This document shows positions 36,451 to 45,533 of a stretch of 64,000 nucleotides of DNA, piece by piece. Numbering within the stretch: the first letter of the stretch is position 1; the number at the start of each line of letters is the position of its first letter. This DNA is from an uncultured Clostridium sp. (GTDB lineage: Bacteria; Bacillota; Clostridia; TANB77; CAG-508): positions 3,284-67,283 of the forward strand of contig CAOJKP010000006.1 of the NCBI GenBank assembly GCA_948438085.1. The letters run 5' to 3'. Both the position numbers and the translations under genes were made by a program. Below the pieces are notes generated by a model, which was given only the letters and a program-made list of their open reading frames with translations, was not told the DNA's origin and searched no databases.

Positions 36451-38262
36451 TTAAACTATATAATAAGTTCTAGCAAAATAATAACTATCAATTACCATTA
36501 TCCGCAAACTTGTATAATATGAATTATATAGTTTACTATAATACCCTCCTGTTTTTAATAGTTCAGAATGATTTCCCATTTCTACTATCTCACCTTCGTT
36601 TAGGACAATTATTTTATCAACATTCACTATTGTAGATAGTCTGTGTGCAATAAATATTGAGGTTTTTTTAGCTGAAATTATATCTATCGATTTTTGAATT
36701 AATAATTCTGTATTTGTATCAATATTAGCTGTTGCTTCATCTAATATAAATATTGATGGATTATGTGCAAATATACGTGCAAATGCAAGAAGTTGTTTTT
36801 GCCCTTCTGAATATGATGCTCCTCTTTCTTTTGCTATTTCGTTTATGTTGTTTGGTAATGAGTTAACAAAGTCTTGTGCAGATGCTAACTTTATGGCCTC
36901 TATTATTTGGTCCTCTGATATATGATTATTTAGTTTTATATTTTCTTGTATTGTTCTTGCAAAAATGAATGGATCTTGTAGTATTATTCCTATATGCTTT
37001 CTTAAACTTCTTTTATTTATATCTTTTATATTAACACCATCTAATAATATTTCTCCTTGTTGAATTTCATAAAATCGATTTATTAAATTTGTTATTGTTG
37101 TTTTTCCACACCCAGTTTTTCCAACTAGAGCTATACTTTGTCCTGGTTCCACTACAAAGCTTACATTTTTTAGTATCCATTTATTATTATCATATGAAAA
37201 CCATACATTTTTAAATTCTATTTTTCCTTTTACATCTTTTAATTTTATACCTGATTCCAAATCTTCTATGTATTCTTTTTTATCTAAGATATCGTATATT
37301 TTATTTATAGAAACAAATGCTTCTTGTACTGTTTCTAAATTATCTATTGTTCTTGTAATTGGTTCAAATAATTGTTTAATATATGTAATAAATACATATA
37401 TTAATCCTACTTCTAAATTTATACCTGCCCAGTGATTTACACATGCCCATACTATAATTGCAACAGATACATTTTCCATTATGGTCATAAATCCTGGTAA
37501 AAACCCTTCTATAATTCCTCCTGGAAGTCTTGATTTACAATAATCACTTGTGTATTTTTTACATTCTTTTTGTTTTTCGTGTTGAATATTGAATATTTTT
37601 ATTAATTTTGAACCATATATTGATTCTGCTAAAAATGTATTTAAATTTGTTTTTATTATTTTTGATTTATCATATATTTTATTTAATATTTTTGTTAATA
37701 CTATAGAGGTTAATATTATAAATGGTATTACTATGAATGTAAATAAGCTTAATGTTACACTAAAATAAATCATTACTGCTACTAGGGCAATTATTAATAC
37801 TAAATCTTTAAAAAATGTAGTTAATACATCTTTAAATAATGTAGATATATCTTCTACATCGTTTGTGATTCTAACAAATAATTTCCCTGCGGGAGTTTTA
37901 TCATGAAATGGTATATTAGCATTTTGAGTATATTTAAATAATCTATTTCTTAATGTATATATTATTTCTTCTCCCATCATATTAGTTGTTGTGCTTGTAA
38001 TAAAATCTATTATATTTCCTATAATTACTATTGCAATGTATATTGTACCAATAACTCCAATTGTAAATATACCTTTTTCATATATTCCTTTTCCTAAATA
38101 TTCATCAATTACAACTTTTATAATGTATGGTTTTATTATTTCTATTGCAGTTATAATTAATGATAATATAGTTACTATTATGATTGTTTTTTTATGTGGT
38201 TTTGCCATTAGTGCAACTCTATGTAATGTTTTACTTTTCATTTGTTTCTCCTTATTTAACAT
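36451..38262 (-). CDS. ABC exporter, fused permease/ATPase (type IV/MsbA-like half transporter)
   Basis: Six-TM domain, Walker A 'GKTGCGKTT', signature 'YSEGQKQ', Walker B 'IFILDEATA'. The C-terminal tail after the CGG at 36504 looks unnatural (see findings). Confidence 0.9.
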   Translation of the reverse strand: MLNKEKQMKSKTLHRVALMAKPHKKTIIIVTILSLIITAIEIIKPYIIKVVIDEYLGKGIYEKGIFTIGVIGTIYIAIVIIGNIIDFITSTTTNMMGEEIIYTLRNRLFKYTQNANIPFHDKTPAGKLFVRITNDVEDISTLFKDVLTTFFKDLVLIIALVAVMIYFSVTLSLFTFIVIPFIILTSIVLTKILNKIYDKSKIIKTNLNTFLAESIYGSKLIKIFNIQHEKQKECKKYTSDYCKSRLPGGIIEGFLPGFMTIMENVSVAIIVWACVNHWAGINLEVGLIYVFITYIKQLFEPITRTIDNLETVQEAFVSINKIYDILDKKEYIEDLESGIKLKDVKGKIEFKNVWFSYDNNKWILKNVSFVVEPGQSIALVGKTGCGKTTITNLINRFYEIQQGEILLDGVNIKDINKRSLRKHIGIILQDPFIFARTIQENIKLNNHISEDQIIEAIKLASAQDFVNSLPNNINEIAKERGASYSEGQKQLLAFARIFAHNPSIFILDEATANIDTNTELLIQKSIDIISAKKTSIFIAHRLSTIVNVDKIIVLNEGEIVEMGNHSELLKTGGYYSKLYNSYYTSLRIMVIDSYYFARTYYIV

Positions 38263-39995
38263 ATTTGGCTTTTAGTAGATTGCTGTTTATAAAATTCATA
38301 ATATTTTCCATCTTGATTTAATAATTCTTCATGTGTTCCAGATTGTATAATATTTCCTGAGTCTAAAACTATAATTTTATCTGCGTCTTTTATATCTGAT
38401 ATTCTATTAGTAATTATTATGCATGATTTATCTTTTGCTAATTCCTTTACGTTATTTAATACTAGCTGCTCTGTTCTATTATCTAATGCTGAAAATGTAT
38501 CATCGAAAATCAATATATTACTTTTATTTAAAAATGCTCTTGATATTACTACTCTTTGCTTTTGACCTCCTGATAAATCTGTACCTCTTTCTCCTATAAC
38601 TGTTTCTATACCATTTTGCATTTTTTCTATATCATCATATATCATAGCATTTTTAGTACTTTGCTTTATTTGTTCGTCTTCGTATCCTTCTTTAAATAAT
38701 TTTATGTTTTCTTTTAAAGTATTTGAAAAAAGGAAATTATCTTGTGTTATATAACATATATTATTTCTTAATGTTTGTAATGGTATATCGTTTATGTCTT
38801 TTTCATCTATAAATATTTTTCCTTTTTGTACAGGATATAACCTTAATAGCAAATTCATTAATGTTGTTTTTCCACTTCCTATTGTTCCTATTATACCTAG
38901 TGTTTCGCCTTTTTTTATACTTATATTTATGTTTTGTAATACTGATTCTAAATTATCTGGATAGTTAAATGTTAAGTCCTTTATTTCAATATTTCCTTCT
39001 ATTTTTTGTTCTTCATTATCTTTACTATTTATTAATATTTTTTCTTTCTCAAGATTGAATACATTATCCAATCTATTATATGAAATTTGTGCTCTTTTAT
39101 AATGTGATATTAATCCAGGCATCCATTGTACTGGACCAACAAATAATCCAATATATCCATTAAATGCAACAAAATCTCCTGTTGTGATTTGTCCTTGTAA
39201 TACTAAATTTGAACCATATAGTAATGATATGCCATAGCATAATCCAAAACATATATTTATACATGTAGAAAGTAAAGTAGAATGTACATCAACTGCATTG
39301 TTACTTTGTTTTAATAATCTGTTTTTTCTAATAAATTCTTTTAATTGATTTGTTTCTCCTGTATATGCTTTTGTTGTTCTAATTGCATCTGTACTTTCTT
39401 GCACATATTCAGATAATTCTGTAAAATATTTTTGTGATTTCTTAAAATTTTTCTCTACATATTTTTTTATTTTTATAATTATAAATACTGTTATTATTAT
39501 TGGGCATAAAGTTGCTACTGTAAGCTTAATATTTACACCTGACATCATAGAATATGTTACTATTATTGATGTTGCTATAATTCTTGCTCCATATGAAACA
39601 ATTCTATATGAAAATGTTCTTATTTCTGATATATCTTTTACAAAATAGGACATTAATTCACCATTTTTTATGTTTTGTATATTTGTCATTTTTATTTTCA
39701 TAAATTGTTCAAATAGTTTATCTTTTAAGTCTCTTTCTATACTTCTTGGGTTATACCCAGCAAGCCATCTCCATGGCATTCTTGCTCCAAGTAGTAATAT
39801 TGCAACTATTATTAAATATATTGTATTTTGGATTATTTGCGATTTGTTAGTTTCTATATCATATAATAAATCTACTATATTTCCTATTATTTTTGGTGGA
39901 TATGTTAGTAAATACATATTTAAGAATATAAATAATATTTGCAATAATATCGTGAATTTATATTTTTTTAGTATTTTTAAAAGTACCTTTTTCAT
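38256..39995 (-). CDS. ABC exporter, fused permease/ATPase; heterodimer partner of the downstream gene
   Basis: Walker A 'GTIGSGKTT', signature 'LSGGQKQR', Walker B 'ILIFDDTFS'. It overlaps the partner gene by 7 nt. Confidence 0.9.
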   Translation of the reverse strand: MKKVLLKILKKYKFTILLQILFIFLNMYLLTYPPKIIGNIVDLLYDIETNKSQIIQNTIYLIIVAILLLGARMPWRWLAGYNPRSIERDLKDKLFEQFMKIKMTNIQNIKNGELMSYFVKDISEIRTFSYRIVSYGARIIATSIIVTYSMMSGVNIKLTVATLCPIIITVFIIIKIKKYVEKNFKKSQKYFTELSEYVQESTDAIRTTKAYTGETNQLKEFIRKNRLLKQSNNAVDVHSTLLSTCINICFGLCYGISLLYGSNLVLQGQITTGDFVAFNGYIGLFVGPVQWMPGLISHYKRAQISYNRLDNVFNLEKEKILINSKDNEEQKIEGNIEIKDLTFNYPDNLESVLQNINISIKKGETLGIIGTIGSGKTTLMNLLLRLYPVQKGKIFIDEKDINDIPLQTLRNNICYITQDNFLFSNTLKENIKLFKEGYEDEQIKQSTKNAMIYDDIEKMQNGIETVIGERGTDLSGGQKQRVVISRAFLNKSNILIFDDTFSALDNRTEQLVLNNVKELAKDKSCIIITNRISDIKDADKIIVLDSGNIIQSGTHEELLNQDGKYYEFYKQQSTKSQIC

Positions 39996-40109
39996 GTTTT
40001 TCTCCTTTGTATGTTTTTACATTAAAAGTATACATTAATTTTCTATAAAATGGAATAGTATAATTGAATTTTATTGTTTATTTTATAATATATTATACTT
40101 ACTGCTACC

Positions 40110-40253
40110 AGGATATAAGTATAAAAATATTTTATTCTCGGCAGTCGCCATTCCCCAATGGAACTGTAAAAAATACTTACGTATTTTAACAGTTCTCATC
40201 GGTCACCCACGCATGGCTCCTTATGTTCTAAAATATTTTTATACTTACATCCT
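40110..40253. repeat. Nested-palindrome element C: 25-bp AT-rich arms (24/25) around a 94-nt GC-richer core with a central hairpin
   Basis: Arms aggatataagtataaaaatatttta and taaaatatttttatacttacatcct. The core hairpin is gaactgtaaaaaatac-ttac-gtattttaacagttc. It shares the TCTCGGC and CGCAT arm-proximal motifs with elements A and A'. Confidence 0.7.
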
Positions 40254-40344
40254 TCACGCTAATTTGATTAGAATTTAAAAATATTATTTGTTTTATAAAC
40301 AAATTTATAGTATACTATTTAAAGATTACTTTTGTGGAGGTTCT

Positions 40345-40851
40345 ATGGAAAAAATATTTGAAAATACAACAGTTTATACTCATGAGATTTATTCCTTGTT
40401 TTTAGAATTTCATAATAGAAAATATAATTTAAAATATAATCTTTATACTTGCTTTATCTCCTTTCTTATTATTTTTTGCATGGTTTTACAGTTTTTAAAC
40501 GGTAATATTGATATGAGCATAATTTTTGTTTTGATTTTTATTGCTTTTATTTTTTGGAGAGTTTTTCATCCTTATTTTATTGTTGAAAAAGAAGTAAAAA
40601 GTGATAAGATTCAAAAACAGTTAAAAAATACTTATTATTTTTTTGATAAGTATTTTGAAATTTCAAATACTGGTGGATTATCTAGAATTAAATATTATAA
40701 ATTATATAAAATTTTCCAAGATGAACATAGCTTTTATTTATATATTAATAAAGACCATGCTTTTATTGTTAGTAAAAATGGGTTTACATTAGGTGAAGTT
40801 AATGCTTTTTACAGTTTTATAAAAAAAAGAAAGTTACATAGATTTTTTTAA
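40345..40851 (+). CDS. YcxB-like membrane protein
   Basis: GGAGG lies 5 nt before the ATG at 40345; the track start at 40288 is an upstream TTG. Two TM helices, then 'IKYYKLYKIFQDEHSFYLYINKDHAFIVSKNGF', which is typical of the YcxB domain. Confidence 0.55.
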   Translation: MEKIFENTTVYTHEIYSLFLEFHNRKYNLKYNLYTCFISFLIIFCMVLQFLNGNIDMSIIFVLIFIAFIFWRVFHPYFIVEKEVKSDKIQKQLKNTYYFFDKYFEISNTGGLSRIKYYKLYKIFQDEHSFYLYINKDHAFIVSKNGFTLGEVNAFYSFIKKRKLHRFF

Positions 40852-40877
40852 TTTATGCTATTTTTTTATCATATATT

Positions 40878-41098
40878 TATCATAAAGTATATATATATAA
40901 TATTCATTATGAAGTATCGAATGCGATTGGAGTATATTAAGAAAGTCCTATGAAATTTGAGGAGGAGTGGACGCGCCCAAACGAATTTAATGAGTGAGGA
41001 ATAGACGTGGAAGAGGCTCGGAAAATTTCATTAGACTTTCTTAATATACGTATTGAGCCGAGATAATAATGAATATTATATATATATACTTTATGATA
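40878..41098. repeat. Nested-palindrome element copy A': perfect 33-bp arms and a 155-nt core, inverted relative to copy A
   Basis: 40878-40910 is the exact reverse complement of 41066-41098. The core is about 95% identical to the reverse complement of 16636-16790. Confidence 0.85.
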
Positions 41099-41256
41099 GC
41101 AAACTTTAATTAATCTTTTTAAATTTCCTCTTTTCTACTTTTTTTGCGTTTTTTATTGCTTTTTTTCCTTTTTCTTAATATAATCAATTATAATTTAAAG
41201 GATGTTGGTGTGAATGAAAATTTATTTTCTTTTACACAAATTTATTCCAGAAAGGA

Positions 41257-42321
41257 ATGAAATTTTTTATGAGAAAAGGCTCTGTTAGTCAACCTTCAAA
41301 TGGATATAAAATTATTGTTGTTGATGATGAAATTGGAATTATAGATTCCCTTTCTATTTTTTTAAAACGCTCTGGATATGAATTTACAGGTGTTACTGAC
41401 CCTGTGGAGGCAATTGAAAAAGTTAAAACTGAACATTTTGACTTAATGCTACTTGACTTTATTATGACTCCAATTCATGGTGATAAAGTTGTTGAAGAAA
41501 TTAGAAAATTTAATAAGGAATTATATATTTTATTACTTACAGGACATAAGGATTTGGCTCCTCCTCTTGAAACTATCCGTAGATTAGATATTCAAGGATA
41601 CTGTGAAAAAAGTGATAAATTTGATCAATTGTTATTATTAATAGAATCTGGTATAAAAGCTATTTCACAAATGAATTTGATTAAAGAAATTAACAATGAA
41701 TTAAAAGATGCTAATGATAAGTTAGAGAAAGCATATTTAGAAAGTATAGAAGTCCTAAGACATACAGTTGAAGCAAAAGATGTTTATACAAGAGGTCATT
41801 CTGATAGAGTTGCAGAATTTTCAGTTCTTATTGGTAAGAAACTTGGATTACCTGATAAAGATTTAAAAACATTGCAATTAGGCGGATTATTCCATGATGT
41901 TGGGAAAATTGGAGTTCCTGATAGCATTTTACTTAAGGATTCTAAACTTACACAAGATGAATATTCCGAAATTAAAAATCACCCACTCATTGGTGTTCAT
42001 ATTCTTTCAAATGCTACTATTTTTCAGGATTTAATTCCGATTGTTAAACATCATCACGAAAGATATGATGGAACAGGATATCCTAGCAAATTAAGTGGTG
42101 AAAATATTCCATATCTTGCAAGAATTACAGCAATTGCAGATACATTTGATGCCATGACTTCAAAAAGAACCTATAGAGATGCTCTTCCTATAGATGTGGT
42201 TATTAGCGAAATTCAAAAATGCAGTGGTACTCAATTTGACCCTGATATTGCAAATATATTTTTAGATATTTTAAAAAATAGTTATAATGATATTATTGAA
42301 ATTCAAAATAAATATTTATAA
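41257..42321 (+). CDS. Response-regulator receiver fused to an HD-GYP phosphodiesterase domain (RpfG-like)
   Basis: Receiver 'IIVVDDE...DLMLLDFIMTPIHG...LTGH'. HD-GYP 'RGHSDRVAE...LFHDVGKIGVPD...HHERYDGTGYP'. Confidence 0.9.
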   Translation: MKFFMRKGSVSQPSNGYKIIVVDDEIGIIDSLSIFLKRSGYEFTGVTDPVEAIEKVKTEHFDLMLLDFIMTPIHGDKVVEEIRKFNKELYILLLTGHKDLAPPLETIRRLDIQGYCEKSDKFDQLLLLIESGIKAISQMNLIKEINNELKDANDKLEKAYLESIEVLRHTVEAKDVYTRGHSDRVAEFSVLIGKKLGLPDKDLKTLQLGGLFHDVGKIGVPDSILLKDSKLTQDEYSEIKNHPLIGVHILSNATIFQDLIPIVKHHHERYDGTGYPSKLSGENIPYLARITAIADTFDAMTSKRTYRDALPIDVVISEIQKCSGTQFDPDIANIFLDILKNSYNDIIEIQNKYL

Positions 42322-42328
42322 ATTAAAA

Positions 42329-42365
42329 AATGTAGCATATATTTTAATATATACTACATTTTTTA
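42329..42365 (+). terminator. Intrinsic terminator
   Basis: aatgtagcatatat/atatatactacatt stem followed by a T-run. Confidence 0.7.
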
Positions 42366-42431
42366 ATTGACATTTTTTGTAATATAGTGTAATATTTAGT
42401 AGTATTATATATTAATAAAAGGAGGATTTTT

Positions 42432-43217
42432 ATGACAACATCAGAGATTAAAGCTAATGCTCGTGAAGCATTAAAAGGAAAATGGGGAAAGGCTGCTTTA
42501 ATAACGCTTGTATATGGTATAATCTCTTACATAATTTCTTTGGTTCTTGGCTTTATACCAGTTATTGGTTCTTTGGTAAGCCTTGTAATTACTTTACCTA
42601 TTTCGTTTGGTTTAATAGCAGTTTTTATGAAATTTAAAAGAGGAGAAGAAGTTGGATATGTAGACTTTTTCACATTAGGATTTCAATCATTCGGTAAGGT
42701 TTGGGGTGTATTTGGAAATGTTATTTTAAAAATGATTGTTCCAGTAATTCTTGTTGTAATTTCTGTTATAATTTTAGCATTCGGAATGGGAGCATCAATT
42801 TCTTCTAGCATGATGGATGCATATTCTACGGGTACAATTTCTAGTGCTTCTGTTGGATTTTCTGGACTTGCAATAGTTGGATTACTTTTATATTTTGCTG
42901 CTATAATTTATGCTGTAATTAAAGGTTTATATTATGTTTTAGTTTACAATATATTATTTGATAACCCAAATATGACAGGAAAAGAAATTGTAGAGGAAAG
43001 CGAAAGATTAATGGCAGGAAACAGATGGAGTTATGTATGGCTTTACATTACATTTATTGGATGGTCTATACTTGCAGTATTTACTTTAGGAATTGGATAT
43101 TTTTGGTTAATGCCATATATGACATTTGCAGTAATTTGTTTTTATGAAAATTTATCTGGAAAATCTTCTACAGCAACTACTACAGCAGAAAGTGAACCAG
43201 TTAAAACAGAAGAATAA
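42432..43217 (+). CDS. DUF975-family integral membrane protein
   Basis: 'IKANAREALKGKWGKAALITLVY' is the typical DUF975 N-terminus, followed by multiple TM helices. The RBS is AAAGGAGG. Confidence 0.65.
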   Translation: MTTSEIKANAREALKGKWGKAALITLVYGIISYIISLVLGFIPVIGSLVSLVITLPISFGLIAVFMKFKRGEEVGYVDFFTLGFQSFGKVWGVFGNVILKMIVPVILVVISVIILAFGMGASISSSMMDAYSTGTISSASVGFSGLAIVGLLLYFAAIIYAVIKGLYYVLVYNILFDNPNMTGKEIVEESERLMAGNRWSYVWLYITFIGWSILAVFTLGIGYFWLMPYMTFAVICFYENLSGKSSTATTTAESEPVKTEE

Positions 43218-43254
43218 TATTTATATTATAAGTAATGTAAATTTTTCCTATAAT

Positions 43255-43298
43255 AAACAATAAAAAGTTGATAAAGATTTATCAACTTTTTATTGTTT
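43255..43298. terminator. Bidirectional terminator between convergent genes
   Basis: aaacaataaaaagttgataaa / tttatcaactttttattgttt inverted repeat. Confidence 0.75.
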
Positions 43299-43304
43299 TA
43301 TTTT

Positions 43305-45452
43305 CTATATTTTCATACTTAACTTTACTTTTTGCCTTTCAAGGTCTATTTCAATTACTTTAACTTTTACAATATCTCCAACAGCTACTATTTCTGATGG
43401 ATTTTTAATATATTTTTCACTCATTTGTGATATATGTACTAGTCCATCATGTTTTACACCTATATCAACAAATGCTCCAAAATCTATTACATTTCTTACT
43501 GTTCCTGTTAATACCATGCCTTCTTTTAAATCTTCTATTTTTAATACATCTGTTCTTAAAACTGGCTTAGGCATTTCTTCACGTGGGTCTCTACCTGGTT
43601 TTATTATTTCTTTAATAATATCTTGTAATGTTATTTCTCCTATTCCTAATTCAATAGCCATTTTCTTAACATCTATGTTTAATAGATTTTTCTTTATTTG
43701 TTCTAGTGTTTCTGAATTTCTTATGTCTTCTACACTATGACCCGTAAATTCTAATAATTTTATTGCAACATCATAACTTTCTGGATGAACGGCTGTAGAT
43801 TCTAATGCATTTTTTCCATCATAAATTCTTATAAATCCTGCACATTGTTCAAATGCCACTTTCCCTAGTTTTTCTACTTTTAATAGTTCTTTTCTTTCTT
43901 TTATTTTTCCATTTGTATCTCTATATTTTACAATATTTTTACTTATGGTTTTATTTAACCCTGAGACATATGATAATAGTGATGGTGTTGCTGTATTTAT
44001 ATCTACTCCAACTGAGTTTACAGCATCTTCTACCACTCCTGTTAAACTTTCTTCTAATCTTTTTTGGTTTACATCATGTTGATATTGTCCTACTCCTATT
44101 GCTTTTGGTTCTATTTTTACTAGTTCTGCAAGTGGATCTTGTAATCGTCTTGCAATTGATATTGCTCCTCTTAATGAAACATTTATATCTGGATATTCTT
44201 CTGTTGCCAGTTTTGATGCAGAATATACACTGGCTCCTGCTTCTGATACAATGGCATAATGTACTTGTTTATTACATTTTTTTATAACATCTGCAACAAA
44301 CATTTCTGATTCTCTTGATGCTGTTCCATTTCCTATTGCAATCATGTTTACATTATAATTTTCTATTAGTTCTAGCATTTTTTTTGTAGCCCCTTCAATA
44401 TCATTTTGGGGCTCTGTTGGATATATTGTTGTAGTTTCTAATACTTTTCCTGTTTCGTCTATTACTGCAATTTTACACCCTGTTCTATATGCTGGATCAA
44501 AACCTATTACTGTAAGATTTTTTAATGGTGCACCTAATAATAGTTGTTTTGCATTTTTTCCAAATACTTTTATTGCTTGTTCTTCTGCAACTTGTGTTAA
44601 ATCACTTCTTATTTCTCTTTCAATTGATGGTTCTATTAGCCTGTTCCAACTATCTTGTATTATATTTTTTAATATATCTTTGTATTTTTCTGATATTATT
44701 ATATCTTTTTCAATATATAATAATATTTTTTCTTCTGGTTTTTCTATTTTAACTTTTATTTTGTTTTCTTTTTCACCTCTATTTATTGCAAGTATTCTAT
44801 GACTTGGTATTTTATTTATACTTTCGTTAAATTCATAATACATTTCATAGTTTGTTTTTTCTTCTTTGTTTACTGCAGTTGTAGAAATTATTGCTTCTTT
44901 ATAACACATATTCTTAATTTTTTTTCTATATTTGGGTTCATCTGAAATTATTTCTGCAATTATATCTTTTGCACCTTGCAAAGCATCTTCAATTGTCAAT
45001 ACATTTTTTTCTTTTGATATATATTTTTTTGCTTCTTCTTCAATGTCTATTTTCTCATTTTGTTCTAAAATGATATTTGATAAATTTTCAAGCCCTTTTT
45101 CTTTTGCAATAGTTGCTCTAGTTCTTTTCTTTTGTTTATACGGTCTATATATATCTTCTATTTCAGCGAGTTTTGTTGATTGTTCAAGACTTTGTATAAT
45201 TTCATCAGTTAACTTTCCTTGTTCTTCAATGTTTTTTATTATTTCTTGTTTTCTATTTTCTAGATTTCTTAGATATGTAAGTCTATCTCCTAATTCTCTT
45301 AATATTTCATCTGATAATCCTTTGGTTGCTTCTTTTCTATATCGTGCAATAAATGGTATTGTGTTTCCTTCATCAATTAAAAGTATTGTATTTTTTACCT
45401 GCTCATATTTTATATTTAATTCTTTTGCTATTAATTCTATTATTTTTTCCAT
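43305..45452 (-). CDS. tex: Tex transcription accessory protein (YqgF-like, HhH and S1 domains)
   Basis: 'NTIPFIARYRKE', 'GFDPAYRTGCK', 'GNGTASRE', and the C-terminal S1 domain 'GTVRNVIDFGAFVDIGVKHDGLVHISQ'. The track ATG at 45467 is followed by AAAGGAAAA and an ATG at 45452, which is the likely true start. Confidence 0.9.
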   Translation of the reverse strand: MEKIIELIAKELNIKYEQVKNTILLIDEGNTIPFIARYRKEATKGLSDEILRELGDRLTYLRNLENRKQEIIKNIEEQGKLTDEIIQSLEQSTKLAEIEDIYRPYKQKKRTRATIAKEKGLENLSNIILEQNEKIDIEEEAKKYISKEKNVLTIEDALQGAKDIIAEIISDEPKYRKKIKNMCYKEAIISTTAVNKEEKTNYEMYYEFNESINKIPSHRILAINRGEKENKIKVKIEKPEEKILLYIEKDIIISEKYKDILKNIIQDSWNRLIEPSIEREIRSDLTQVAEEQAIKVFGKNAKQLLLGAPLKNLTVIGFDPAYRTGCKIAVIDETGKVLETTTIYPTEPQNDIEGATKKMLELIENYNVNMIAIGNGTASRESEMFVADVIKKCNKQVHYAIVSEAGASVYSASKLATEEYPDINVSLRGAISIARRLQDPLAELVKIEPKAIGVGQYQHDVNQKRLEESLTGVVEDAVNSVGVDINTATPSLLSYVSGLNKTISKNIVKYRDTNGKIKERKELLKVEKLGKVAFEQCAGFIRIYDGKNALESTAVHPESYDVAIKLLEFTGHSVEDIRNSETLEQIKKNLLNIDVKKMAIELGIGEITLQDIIKEIIKPGRDPREEMPKPVLRTDVLKIEDLKEGMVLTGTVRNVIDFGAFVDIGVKHDGLVHISQMSEKYIKNPSEIVAVGDIVKVKVIEIDLERQKVKLSMKI

Positions 45453-45487
45453 ATATTTTCCTTTCATTTAGTATTTTTATATTATAT

Positions 45488-45519
45488 CAAAACAAACCTA
45501 GCAATGCTAGATTTGTTTT
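45488..45519 (-). terminator. Intrinsic terminator
   Basis: aaaacaaacctagc / gctagatttgtttt stem with a T-run on the minus strand. Confidence 0.65.
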
Positions 45520-45533
45520 AAATTTAATTTTAA

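Noticed and set aside
40958-40975. Resemblance of GGAGGAGUGGACGCGCC in the A' core to the T-box motif (GGGUGGUACCGCG)
   Set aside because: The match is only partial. There is no Stem I or specifier architecture, and the downstream genes (HD-GYP regulator, GT8 operon) are not amino-acid related.
40951-40998. 15-codon micro-ORF (MKFEEEWTRPNEFNE) conserved in both A and A' with one synonymous difference (CCA/CCG)
   Set aside because: A single synonymous change is no statistical evidence. The RBS is weak (AAGAAAG), and the region is better explained as part of a conserved structured core.
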